Assembly (NCBI GenBank): GCA_963745075.1
Contig: CAVUWV010000009.1
Location: 96,001-160,000 of the forward strand
DNA from: Candidatus Hydrogenedentota bacterium
GTDB taxonomy: Bacteria; Hydrogenedentota; Hydrogenedentia; Hydrogenedentales; SLHB01
Direction of reading: 5' to 3'
DNA length: 64,000 nt
Part shown: positions 1 to 9,565 of the stretch, one piece after another
Layout: each line of letters opens with the position of its first letter
How positions within the stretch are numbered: the first letter of the stretch is position 1
Notes under the pieces: model-generated
What the model was told of the DNA's origin: nothing
What the model saw: only the letters and a program-made list of their open reading frames with translations
Databases searched by the model: none
Position numbers and translations under genes: made by a program

Positions 1-1108
1 TCGTGTTCATGCCGTACGTGCGCACGATGTCTTCCAACCGCGCCCGGATCGCCTGGTAGTACACAGGACCCGCGAGGCAGTAGCTCTTGTCGTGCTGCAA
101 TTCATAGCCCTGCGTCTTGCCCCACGCATGGGTCGGCGTATCGAAGATGGGGGAGAAGCTCGTCCAGAACCCCAGCGGCGTGTCGAGTCCTCTCAGCGCC
201 TCGCGCGTCTTGTCCCAGATGTCCGCCTCGTTCGGCACGAACAGCGCATCCGGCCGGTACATGTCGAATCCCGCGTCGTAGCTCCAGCCGTCGAAGGTAA
301 AGCCCGTCAATTCGCGCAGCTTCCGCGCGTACTGCACCATGGCAACGCCTTGCTCGGTTCGGTTCGGCGGTTTGATGACCCGGAATCCGTTCCAGTAGAT
401 GTTCGCGCGGGGCGGATCGGGGATGGGAGTCAACGTTGCCACGTAGTCGAAGAATGCGTCCTGCACGCGGCCGGGTGCCGCCACGCCCACCACGGCCCGT
501 TTGGTCCTATAGGCGCCGCCCGGTTCCAAGTCGACTCCGGGATGATGGCGTAGGAAGATGACGCCGTCCCGCGTCGCCGCCGATCGCGTCGCCGGAAACT
601 CCACGCCGAACCACAACGACTCGGTATAGACCGGTTGCCCCCAATCCGCGAGCGATGGAAAGTCGGGATTGACGGAATAGGTGATTGCCTCGTCCACGAC
701 CGTGAGATGTTCCAACTCGACCGTTCGCAGCAGAAACGGCGTGTCCCCGAAGTTCGTGAAGGTGATTTGCTTGTACAACCACGGCCGCCCCGGTGAGCCT
801 GTGTAATCGATGTCCGCTTGCAGGCCGAGTCCAGCGTTGACCAACGTCGCCCGAATCCCGTTCGGCGTTTCTTTCAACGCCACCACGCCGAACGACTCGC
901 TCGTGGTCGCATCGCCGTTGCCATACGTGATTTGGAATTCCGGCCCCGCCGTGCGAAGGGAACGGCCGATCAGATTGTTGTGGATGGCAACCGTGTGCAG
1001 CCGCCCGTCGTCGACATCGAGCACGCGGCTCACCTGATTGCCCGGCACGACAAACGTGCTGCCGGCCAGAGACATCGTCGCGAATAATGCAGATAGTCCT
1101 GCCAACAT
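1..1108 (-). CDS. Secreted putative glycoside hydrolase (GH36/alpha-galactosidase-like TIM barrel), runs off window start
   Basis: Not in ORF track (no stop in window). Hand translation from ATG 1108 with AAAGGAG RBS: MLAGLSALFATMSLAGSTFVVPGNQVSRVL...NIYWNGF...FDGWSYDAGFD...YCLAGP. Signal peptide present; family call is by resemblance only. Confidence 0.55.
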   Translation of the reverse strand, partial: MLAGLSALFATMSLAGSTFVVPGNQVSRVLDVDDGRLHTVAIHNNLIGRSLRTAGPEFQITYGNGDATTSESFGVVALKETPNGIRATLVNAGLGLQADIDYTGSPGRPWLYKQITFTNFGDTPFLLRTVELEHLTVVDEAITYSVNPDFPSLADWGQPVYTESLWFGVEFPATRSAATRDGVIFLRHHPGVDLEPGGAYRTKRAVVGVAAPGRVQDAFFDYVATLTPIPDPPRANIYWNGFRVIKPPNRTEQGVAMVQYARKLRELTGFTFDGWSYDAGFDMYRPDALFVPNEADIWDKTREALRGLDTPLGFWTSFSPIFDTPTHAWGKTQGYELQHDKSYCLAGPVYYQAIRARLEDIVRTYGMNT

Positions 1109-1256
1109 AGATTCCCCGCTCCTTTCACGCGTGCGGGATGCCGTGCCCGCTATATCTATCGTACTTGAGGAGTATCGAGAAACGAAGCAACGGTCCGCAA
1201 CCTCAGAGCAAGGCAATGCGCCAGAACGACCGGAAGCGAATCGAGAAAAGCAGGAA

Positions 1257-2705
1257 CTAGGCCGTGCCCGTCCGGTTCAACTGCTCCAGCGCACGCAGGT
1301 GCATGGGCGACGTGACGGCCCCCTGTAAGATCGGATCGTCTGTTTCCCTGAGATGCGTCATGAGCTTACCGAGCAGGGCATCGCGGACGGTGGCGTGCTC
1401 CGGGGACTCGGCGAGATTGACCTGCTCCCAGGGGTCCGCCTCGAGGTCAAACAACTCCAGCACCTTGTGGTAATCAAGCGCATGGTTCGGCGGTACGACG
1501 GTATCCGACCGCGGCCGCCACGACTGCGAAGGATCCATAAACGACGGCGCACTGGAGAAGTTCGCGATGAGCTTGTGCGTTTTGGTTCGCACGCATCGGC
1601 GCGGATCGTAATAGTCGTGATACGTGATCTCCGCGAACAGCGTGTCGCGTTCGGTGTAGTCCCGTCCATCCAGCAGTGGCGCGAAGCTGTACCCGTGCAG
1701 GGAAGGCGCCGGTTGCAGCCCAAGCACGTCAAGCAGCGTGGGGACCACGTCGATGTTCTGGATCATCGGCTCTATAACGCGTCCACCGTGCCAGCCGTCC
1801 CGGTTGGGCCACCGTATTATCAGGGAAACCTGAATGCCGGGATCGTATACGGAGCACTTCGCGCGCGGCATAGCGATACCGTGGTCCGTGGTGAAGATGA
1901 CGAGCGTGTCGTCAGCGAGGCCGGACGCTTGCAAGGCGTCCAGGATACGGCCAACCTGCGTATCCACGTGATGAAGGGATCCCTGCAACTCGGCCAACTC
2001 CGTTCGCGTGCCTTCGGTATCGCGAAGATATCCGGGGATCTGAGTGCCGAGCGTGGCGTCCGCCTCCAACTCCGTGCCGAGGAATCCCTGATCGGCGTCT
2101 TTGCCCGTGGACAGGCGGTGCGGTTCGATGAAGCCGACCTGCAGATAAAACGGGCGATCCGATGAAGTGTCGCGGCCTTCGAGATAGGCCACGGCCTCGT
2201 CGGTCGCCTGCGTGGCCCGGGCCGGACGTTTGTAGTAGTCCAACCCGCAGCGCTTCGGACCTCCGCGCGTCTCGTGAATGATACCGATACCGGCGGTCTC
2301 ATACCCGGCCTCTTTGAGATACTGACCCAAGTGCTTTTCGTCCGGATACAAGTCCCACGCAAAGTCCGCGTGCGTGAGACCCAGCACGCCCGTGCTGTGG
2401 GGATAGCGGCCGGTAAACAACGACGCGCGTGAAGGACTGCACTGAGGCGCCGTGCAAAAACTTTGGCGGAACCGGACGCCTTCGCCCGCGAGCGCATCGA
2501 GATTCGGCGTACGAACCGTTTCGACGCCGTAACAATGGAGATGCTGGCCAAGGTCGTGGCAATGAATGAATAGGATATTCGGTCGCGTGACACTCGGTAC
2601 GTTGCCTGCTTGCGCCGCGAATGCCAACGGGGTGACCGCCGCGGCAGTCGCCATCGTTTGCAAGGCCTCGCGCCGCGCCATCCGGTGCTTGGCAGTGGTA
2701 TCCAT
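1257..2705 (-). CDS. Tat-exported sulfatase (sulfamidase-like)
   Basis: CSPSRASLFTGRYP (CxPxR formylglycine motif), PNILFIHCHD, FTTDHG; RREALQ Tat-like leader. Start moved to ATG 2705 behind GGAGGAGG. Confidence 0.92.
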   Translation of the reverse strand: MDTTAKHRMARREALQTMATAAAVTPLAFAAQAGNVPSVTRPNILFIHCHDLGQHLHCYGVETVRTPNLDALAGEGVRFRQSFCTAPQCSPSRASLFTGRYPHSTGVLGLTHADFAWDLYPDEKHLGQYLKEAGYETAGIGIIHETRGGPKRCGLDYYKRPARATQATDEAVAYLEGRDTSSDRPFYLQVGFIEPHRLSTGKDADQGFLGTELEADATLGTQIPGYLRDTEGTRTELAELQGSLHHVDTQVGRILDALQASGLADDTLVIFTTDHGIAMPRAKCSVYDPGIQVSLIIRWPNRDGWHGGRVIEPMIQNIDVVPTLLDVLGLQPAPSLHGYSFAPLLDGRDYTERDTLFAEITYHDYYDPRRCVRTKTHKLIANFSSAPSFMDPSQSWRPRSDTVVPPNHALDYHKVLELFDLEADPWEQVNLAESPEHATVRDALLGKLMTHLRETDDPILQGAVTSPMHLRALEQLNRTGTA

Positions 2706-2776
2706 GGGCTCTTCCTCCTCCGCACAGACTACCACATGCTTGTGACCGATGTACCGTGCGCGGCGGCACGCCAGAA

Positions 2777-3322
2777 TTACATGCGGAAGAGCCCCAGCGC
2801 CATCATAACGAGCCCGGTCAAATTGATGAGCGCCAGAAACAGCACGGTAAATCCATACGCCTTCCACATATTCACTTGCGCGTAGTGTGCGTAACAATAG
2901 GCCAGGAAGAGTCCCGTCGCGAAGGCGCATGGGAACGCGGCTATCGGTGAGAGCACCACCATCACCAAGGCAGACAGACCGATGAACCACCACGGTCTTG
3001 CCCGGCGCGGCCGTCGGCAGAAGAACAGATACAGCACCGCGCACTCGAACGCGATCAGGAAGATTGGCACCAAGATCACGCCACCGACGAATTGCTGCGT
3101 TGCAGTCACGTTCATCGCGTCCTTGAGAAACTCGGGTTCTGCTGTGCCGTATAGAAGAATTGCTAAGCCGTATTGAACCGGCATCAGCAAAGTAACAACC
3201 GGCCACCGAACCAACCACAGAATCGTAAAGAACGACCAGTCCGGCAGTTGATCCATTTTGTCGAGCGTACGGACAAAGCGGTTTTCCTCGTGCAACGCGT
3301 TCATCGTCATGTCCTGCGTCAT
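2777..3322 (-). CDS. Multi-pass membrane protein (possibly degenerate CPBP/Abi-like)
   Basis: Several hydrophobic helices; start overlaps the upstream stop (ATGA coupling at 3319-3322). Confidence 0.6.
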   Translation of the reverse strand: MTQDMTMNALHEENRFVRTLDKMDQLPDWSFFTILWLVRWPVVTLLMPVQYGLAILLYGTAEPEFLKDAMNVTATQQFVGGVILVPIFLIAFECAVLYLFFCRRPRRARPWWFIGLSALVMVVLSPIAAFPCAFATGLFLAYCYAHYAQVNMWKAYGFTVLFLALINLTGLVMMALGLFRM

Positions 3323-5033
3323 GGCTTCACCTCCCGCAGCTCGACGTCGTCCACCCACAACTCGCCGGGCCAGTACATTTGCAGGGATACTTCGATCTTC
3401 TTCGTGCCCGCCGGCACGTACGCATAGTCCACGTATTGTTTCCAGTCATTCGTGCCGTCGTCCCACGGTTCGCCGATTGTCCGAACCCAAATGTGGTAAA
3501 CCCACTCGTCGTGTTCGTCGAGAAATACCAGGTCCAGGACTGCCTTACCGACGTCTTGCGCTTTCACCCACGCCGAGAGTTGGACAAGACAATCGTCGCC
3601 CGGGGCCGCGATGGTTTGAAGAAACGACGCGTAGGGGAACTTGCCTTCCGTCTTGGCAATGTGAACGCCGCGACTGCCCTCGTATCCGAGCCCGTCAGCC
3701 CATTCAAACGAGATCAGCCCCTCTTTCCGCAACGTCCACGGTTCCGGCACCAGCCCTTCGCCTTTCTCGAAGTCGCCGTTGGCAAGCAGATTCCTCCCGG
3801 TGCTCAAGGTGCTCGCCAACTCGCCCAACTCGGAGCGGATTACCGTGACCGCATCTTCATCGCTTCGCTGATCGGACAGCGCTTTGCCGAGTTGCAGCGC
3901 ATGCTCCATGGGCGAATCTGCGGCTGTGGAAAGACGGACGGAAGGTTTTGCGGTTGTCTCCTCAGCCGTTGCGGCGCGTGGTTGTGCCAAGGCGGCCGCG
4001 GCAACCGCGCATGCGAACAGCAGCGAAGCGGCTACACTCCATTTCCGCCCCACCTGCGGTTGAAATCCCGCTTTCGTTGACGTAATTCGGCGTATCCGCC
4101 GGAGCAGATGTCCCTTGTTACTCGCTGCCGCTTGGACGAACGCGGGTCTCGGCTGTACGGCCACGTGCAGCAACGATTCCGCGTACCCGGCCGCGTCCGC
4201 GCCGTTGGTAGTCAGAGCCCAATCGTCGCAGGCGTCTTCACTCAACAAGGACAGCCGGTTGCGCGCCCACCACGCCAGCGGATGCCACGGCAGGAGCACC
4301 AGGACCAATGCGGAGAGCATATCCGCGAGGTGATCGCGCCGAACGTAGTGTGCCAATTCATGGGTGAACAAGCGTCGACCAGTCCGCGTGCTTCATCCGC
4401 GCCTTGAGTTTGTGGTACCAGCAGGGCCGGATGCACGCGCCAACACCATACCGATGGACTTCGCACCGCGCCGGACGCGAAGATCGTAGGCGTGACCTCG
4501 AGGCCCAAATTATCAGATGCGTGGCGTGCACCCTCCGTGTACGAAGTCTCCGTGACGAGCCGGGCGGAACGAAGGATACGCAGTCCCCCGAGAAACGATG
4601 CCACGAAGTACAGCACTGCAAGCGCTGAACCCACTCCCCACAACCACGGTGCGATGGCGTGCCACGAGACGCTACCGCCAGCCTTGGGCGGGGGTGAAGT
4701 ACCAATGTCGTGTGACTTGGCGGAAGTGGGCGGGAGTGCATCGGGGGATTTCTTCACGTCAATCGCCCCTTGTTGTTGAATGAATTCGTAACCCGAAGGT
4801 TCGACGTCTGCTCTGGCCGGCTGTTTCAACAGCCCAAGGCCCAGTTCTCGCACCGCCAGCGAAGCGGCAGGTAGCACTACAGCCGCCACCAGCGCCAGCG
4901 TCAACGCACGGTGTGCTCGCGCAGGATGGTTACGCAGCGCATAGCTCGCCGCCAGCCCCGCGCCCAGCGCGACGGTGACCTGAAGGAGTATAAGCCCAAT
5001 GAACCCGTTCGATAAGACCCCGTCACTTTCCAT
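3319..5033 (-). CDS. BlaR1/M56-family metallopeptidase sensor with C-terminal CBM4/9-like domain; apparent frameshift(s) near 4370-4390
   Basis: N-half (ORF 4242..5057) has M56 TM pattern and SPSVWCW...PALLVP. C-half (ORF 3319..4371) has HELAHYVRRD, PWHPLAWW, EDACD, then NLLANGDFE jelly-roll. Confidence 0.85.
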
Positions 5034-5419
5034 CCCGCCCCCTCTCGCGCCGCGCATCGATCATGGCGCGCATTTCGGCCAAATCCGCCGGCGTCAGTTC
5101 TTCGTCTTCGAGAAGATGCTGAAACATCAGCAAGGGGTTCCCCTTGAACGCCCGCGACACCAGCCGCTTCATCGTGCCGACGCCGACCTCCTCCCGCGAA
5201 CGGGTCGCGCGAAAGACGTGCATGCGTCCGTCCGCGCGGTGTTCCAGCCAGCCCGCCTTCTCCAGCTTCTGCATCGTCGACAGGATCGTCGTGTACGCCA
5301 GCGACTTCTCTTTCGCCAGCCGATCCCGCACTTCATGGACCGTTGCCTCCCGGCAAATCCCAAATGGCCTCCATGACCGAGCGCTGCAAATCGCCCAACC
5401 CCTCGATGGACTGTCGCAT
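5023..5419 (-). CDS. BlaI/MecI/CopY-family repressor; one extra base near 5352
   Basis: ATG 5419 gives MRQSIEGLGDLQRSVMEAIWDL; after a 1-base shift it continues EATVHEVRDRL...LAYTTILSTMQKLEKAGW. Span is 397 bp (3n+1). Confidence 0.88.
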
Positions 5420-5443
5420 GGTTTTTCTCCCACGAAGTTAATT

Positions 5444-5482
5444 ACTACATCACATAGTACTAAAGAACGTAGTGTTTGTCAA
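5444..5482 (-). promoter_or_regulatory. Sigma70 promoter of the blaI-like operon overlapped by two tandem palindromic operators
   Basis: Minus strand TTGACA(5482-5477)-N17-TACTAT(5459-5454). ACTA-N7-TAGT at 5444-5458 and again at 5459-5473. Confidence 0.8.
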
Positions 5483-5536
5483 CCCCCAATTTTGGATGTG
5501 TTTTCCCGGGGTTGAATGACCTGGCGGGCGGGAACA

Positions 5537-5620
5537 AATGTAGCGCAGGCGTCTCGCCTGCATCCCCCGGAGTGGTTTCCCAACCTTTCTAAGATGCAGG
5601 CGGGACGCCTACGCTACATT
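5537..5620. repeat. GTAG-type REP doublet (inverted pair)
   Basis: AATGTAGCGCAGGCGTCTCGCCTGCATC (5537-5564) and its near-perfect reverse complement (5593-5620); each arm has an internal palindrome. Confidence 0.75.
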
Positions 5621-5635
5621 ATCTGCGTCTGGTCC

Positions 5636-6931
5636 CTACCCCAACGTCCAGGGCGCGCGATACTCGTAGTGCAGGTACTCGTTCGCCGCGTCGTTATTCG
5701 TGATCCGCTCGTTCTCCGCGTCCCATTCGAGGCGGCTCCGAGTCCACAGCGAAATATTGCCGAGATGGGCGATGGTCGTCGAGACGTGCCCGATGGCCAC
5801 GTCGGCGTTCGGCCGGTTCCGGCTTTTCACGCAGTCCAGGAAGTTTCGCATGTGCGCCTGGGTGTGGTCCGGGTCGGAGGACTTCACCTCGATGGGTTCG
5901 AAGGGCCGCTCCCATTCCTGGAATTGACCCGGCCGTTCGGGCGTGACCTTGTACCCTTTGCTGCTCCCGTAGATCGTGCCGAGCGTGCCGCGCAGTTCGA
6001 TTTCACCGGGGATCGCGGCGGTGCTGCTGGCCTCGTACTGACCGAACTGGATCAGCCGTCCCGCGGGAAACTCGAAGATGCTCGTCATCGTGTCGGGAAT
6101 CGTGCGGTCGTCGTCCACGGCGTAGACGCCGCCCATGGCGCAGATCGAGGTGGGCGCTTCATCGCCGACCAGCCAGCGCAGCAGGTCGAAGTAGTGCACG
6201 CCCCAGTTCGTCGTCTGCGACGAATACGCCTTCCACCAGCGGAACTTGTACGGCGCGATGTCTTCGTTGAACGGCCGCTCGGGCCGCGGTCCCAGCCACA
6301 TGTCCCAATCCAGGTCTGGAGGCGGATCGCTGTTCGGCGCCTTCCCCATTCCGTTGGGGTACATGTTGCTCAGCCGAAACGCCTTCGACACCGTAATGTG
6401 ACCGAACTCGCCGCCGCGAATTCGCTCCCCGAGTTCCGCGTACATGGGGGAGGAGCGGCGTTGGGTTCCCACCTGCACCACGCGCCCGGATTCCCGCGCG
6501 ACGTCCACCATGCGACGGCCTTCATGAATCGTGTAGGCCAGCGGTTTCTCCACGTAGACGTCTTTGCCCGCCTTGCACGCTTCGATTGTCATATACGCAT
6601 GCCAGTGGTCCGGCGTCGCAACGGTTACCGCGTCAATGTCGTCCCGCTCCAAGACCTTGCGAAAGTCCTGGTACGCCTGCACGTCCGGCCCCAGCTTCTC
6701 CTGCCACTGATCCAGGTATGGCTGGTACACGTCACATATGGCGACGATCTGCGCGTCCTTGTGCGGCAGAATCGCGTTGATATCTTGCCCCCCCCGGTTG
6801 CCGACCCCAATCACCGCCATCCGAACCCGGTCGTTCGCGCCCTGCGCTCGCGCCGGAGCTAGCCCAGCCACGACCCCCGCCGCCACCGCGCCGGTCTTTA
6901 CAAAGGTTCTGCGTGTCATCTCCGAAGGCAT
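5636..6931 (-). CDS. Tat-exported Gfo/Idh/MocA oxidoreductase
   Basis: TRRTFVK Tat motif, IGVGNRG, ATPDHWH, VYVEKP, WGVHYFD. Confidence 0.92.
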   Translation of the reverse strand: MPSEMTRRTFVKTGAVAAGVVAGLAPARAQGANDRVRMAVIGVGNRGGQDINAILPHKDAQIVAICDVYQPYLDQWQEKLGPDVQAYQDFRKVLERDDIDAVTVATPDHWHAYMTIEACKAGKDVYVEKPLAYTIHEGRRMVDVARESGRVVQVGTQRRSSPMYAELGERIRGGEFGHITVSKAFRLSNMYPNGMGKAPNSDPPPDLDWDMWLGPRPERPFNEDIAPYKFRWWKAYSSQTTNWGVHYFDLLRWLVGDEAPTSICAMGGVYAVDDDRTIPDTMTSIFEFPAGRLIQFGQYEASSTAAIPGEIELRGTLGTIYGSSKGYKVTPERPGQFQEWERPFEPIEVKSSDPDHTQAHMRNFLDCVKSRNRPNADVAIGHVSTTIAHLGNISLWTRSRLEWDAENERITNNDAANEYLHYEYRAPWTLG

Positions 6932-7136
6932 GATGCTCTCCTTTGGTTGAGTGCTCTCAATGCCGCATCGTAGCGCATGCGACGGTCTTCGGCCAACGTT
7001 CTGAGACGAGGCTCATAGTGCCGTGTCCGAGGCGCGTAAGCTTGCCCCGGAATTTCGTCTTCCCGCTCGGCGTTTCTTCGATATTCCGATGTATTACCAA
7101 CGGCATTGCCATATCCAGAAAGGGGAATGACTGACC

Positions 7137-7655
7137 ATGACTGAACGGACCGGAGAACTGACCTTCAAAGGAAGCCCCTTGACCGTATTGGGTAAGAAAG
7201 TCAGCGTGGGGGACAAGGCCCCGGATTTTTCGTTGCTCGGCAACGATCTGTCGAATGTAAGTCTAAGTGGCAGCGCGGGTAAGGTGCGCATCCTGAGCGT
7301 CGTGCCGTCATTGGATACGCCTGTATGCGATACGCAAACCCGCAAATTCAATGAGAAAATCGCGGATCTCGGCGACGGCGTCATCTGCTATACCATCAGC
7401 GCCGACCTGCCGTTCGCGCAAAAGCGCTGGTGCGGGAATGCGGGTGTGGATCGGGTTGTTACCTTGTCCGACCACCGCGACATGGGGTTCGGTGACGCTT
7501 ACGGGACGCACATCAAGGAATTGCGGCTCGAACAGCGTTCCGTGTTTGTCATCGATGGAAGCGGTGTCGTTCAATACGCCGAATACGTGCCCGAGGTGGC
7601 CCAGGAACCCGAGTACGAAGCGCCTCTCGCGAAGGCGAAAGAACTTTTGGGATAA
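7137..7655 (+). CDS. tpx: Thiol peroxidase (atypical 2-Cys peroxiredoxin)
   Basis: VPSLDTPVCDTQTRKFN, ISADLPFAQKRWC. Confidence 0.95.
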   Translation: MTERTGELTFKGSPLTVLGKKVSVGDKAPDFSLLGNDLSNVSLSGSAGKVRILSVVPSLDTPVCDTQTRKFNEKIADLGDGVICYTISADLPFAQKRWCGNAGVDRVVTLSDHRDMGFGDAYGTHIKELRLEQRSVFVIDGSGVVQYAEYVPEVAQEPEYEAPLAKAKELLG

Positions 7656-7683
7656 AAAGACAGAGCGCAAGGCTGTCTGGGAT

Positions 7684-7727
7684 AAAGGCCGGCATCAGGT
7701 AGGTGGATGCCGGTCTTTCGTTTCTTC
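7684..7727 (+). terminator. Intrinsic terminator after tpx, possibly bidirectional
   Basis: AAAGGCCGGCATC...GATGCCGGTCTTT hairpin followed by a T-rich tract, between convergent genes. Confidence 0.6.
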
Positions 7728-7765
7728 TCGAATCGGAATACGCTACCCCGTACCCCGCATTCCCC

Positions 7766-7800
7766 ATCGTAATCGTAATCGTAATCGTAATCGTAATCGA
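7766..7800. repeat. Hexamer tandem repeat (ATCGTA)x5 plus partial copy
   Basis: Read directly in the intergenic sequence. Confidence 0.9.
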
Positions 7801-7805
7801 TTCTT

Positions 7806-8534
7806 CTACTTCCCACCGCCGCCGAGGATATCGCCCAACAACCCGCCGATGGGGCTTTCGGTCATCCCACCAAGATTCGTCTCCTGCAACAGACGCTCCA
7901 TCACCTTCGCCAGGATCTGATTCGCCGGCAACCCCGCACCGTCTTTCCCTTCGAACGACATTTCGAACGGCCCGAATTCGTGGGACTTGGTCTGCGCGCT
8001 GAGAAGTTCGGTTGTGATATTCACGGTCGACGTGTCCAACTTCGCTTTATCGATCTTCCAAAGCTTCTGTTCACCGTTGCCACGCAACCGGCCGCCGCGT
8101 CCGCCTTTTCCGCCACCCAGCGCCTGAACCCGTTTCGCATTATCCATCAGGGTCTTCAGATTGTTTCCCTTGCCCAAGGCCGTATCAACATTGACGGTAA
8201 TGCTTCCCACGTCGACGAGCCGGATTTCCGGCTGGTTGGACAGAAGCGACTGCAGGTTCGACTCTACCGAAACTTTCTTGAGCGAAATCGCGTCGCCGTC
8301 TCCGAACCCTTCCGGATTGCCGATATGTACGTCCATGAGATCCAGTCGTTGCTTCTCGGGGTCCCATTTGAAATCGCCCACGCGGGTCGGCGCATCCAAC
8401 ACGCGGGAAACCACCCGTTCCACGCCAACTTTGACGAGTCCCTGCAGATTCTCCGGCCGCTCGCCCGGCGGCGGGGTCAGGGGACGGAGCAACGGACCGG
8501 CCATCACAGCCAACACGACGCACAACGATGTCAT
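7806..8534 (-). CDS. AsmA-like envelope protein
   Basis: N-terminal anchor, VHIGNPEGF and AISLKKVSVE motifs typical of short AsmA-like proteins. Confidence 0.6.
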   Translation of the reverse strand: MTSLCVVLAVMAGPLLRPLTPPPGERPENLQGLVKVGVERVVSRVLDAPTRVGDFKWDPEKQRLDLMDVHIGNPEGFGDGDAISLKKVSVESNLQSLLSNQPEIRLVDVGSITVNVDTALGKGNNLKTLMDNAKRVQALGGGKGGRGGRLRGNGEQKLWKIDKAKLDTSTVNITTELLSAQTKSHEFGPFEMSFEGKDGAGLPANQILAKVMERLLQETNLGGMTESPIGGLLGDILGGGGK

Positions 8535-8683
8535 TCAAAACCTTCCTTTCGTTCCTTCACAGCGGTAAGGTATGGTACCTATCTGATCCATGGCATCGCC
8601 TTCCGGTTGCAGCTGGAGGCGGCAGGGATCGGCAACTTTCTCCCGTTCTTAGGGATAGACGTTTCAAGGAGGAATTCTATTCT

Positions 8684-9565
8684 ATGCGCGCAGTATCCGT
8701 ATGCTTCCTCGCGGTAGCCGTTGCCGTGCCGGCGTTTGCCCAGGTTCCACAGACCATTACCAATACAGAACTTACGCGCTATCTGGACCGCGCGACCAAG
8801 GCCATGCGCACGGCCAGCGACGACGCTGCGGCCACCGATGGCGTCGCCCTGCGCGAATCCCTCAAGCGCGCCCAGGAAAACTGGATGGCCTGCTATAGCA
8901 AGTATCGCGAATGGGTTAGCGCGGATACCAACTGGAAATCGGATTTTGACGCCATTACCGCGTCTATGACGAATGCCGTGAACGCGCTTACTCCGGGTAA
9001 CAATATTCCTAATGCAAAGATTCAGATCGATGCGGCCTTGGCAAAGCTCACCGCCCTGCGGAACCGCAATGGTGTTCCCGATCTCGAAGGCACGGTGAAC
9101 GACGTGGCGAAATCGTTGCAGGCCATGCAAACAACCAGCAAATCATTACAAGGCAAACGTCTGACGTTGGACGACCTGAGCACCCTTCGGAAACCGTACG
9201 AAGACGCAACGGGCAGTTGGCAGGAGTTCACGAAGGCCGTCATCGACCTCAACGCGCTCGGCCTGAGTTCGGGCGAACTCGACAAACTCAAGCAACTGGT
9301 TGCCCTGCAGAACCTCAAGTTCGACACCATCAACAACATTCTGAGGAATCCCGATACGGCGCGGCTCGTCACCGAACTTCAGTCTGCACGCGATCAACTC
9401 GCCCAACTGGTCGACGAACTGAGCCCGAATCTACCCGATTCGACCGGTGACGGGTCCGCCAATGATTCTACGCTGACCGGAAACGACGGCACGTCCCCAA
9501 AGGGACTCGGGCGGGACCGTCCTCATCCGTTCCGCGACCGGCCCCGATTACTCCCGCGGCGCTGA
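8684..9565 (+). CDS. Secreted alpha-helical hypothetical protein
   Basis: AGGAGG RBS; signal peptide MRAVSVCFLAVAVAVPAFA|Q. Confidence 0.7.
   Translation: MRAVSVCFLAVAVAVPAFAQVPQTITNTELTRYLDRATKAMRTASDDAAATDGVALRESLKRAQENWMACYSKYREWVSADTNWKSDFDAITASMTNAVNALTPGNNIPNAKIQIDAALAKLTALRNRNGVPDLEGTVNDVAKSLQAMQTTSKSLQGKRLTLDDLSTLRKPYEDATGSWQEFTKAVIDLNALGLSSGELDKLKQLVALQNLKFDTINNILRNPDTARLVTELQSARDQLAQLVDELSPNLPDSTGDGSANDSTLTGNDGTSPKGLGRDRPHPFRDRPRLLPRR

Noticed and set aside
7571..8002. ORFs with DYDYDY, RNRNRN or IVIVIV runs
   Set aside because: These are translations of the intergenic (ATCGTA)n repeat and overlap better-supported genes.
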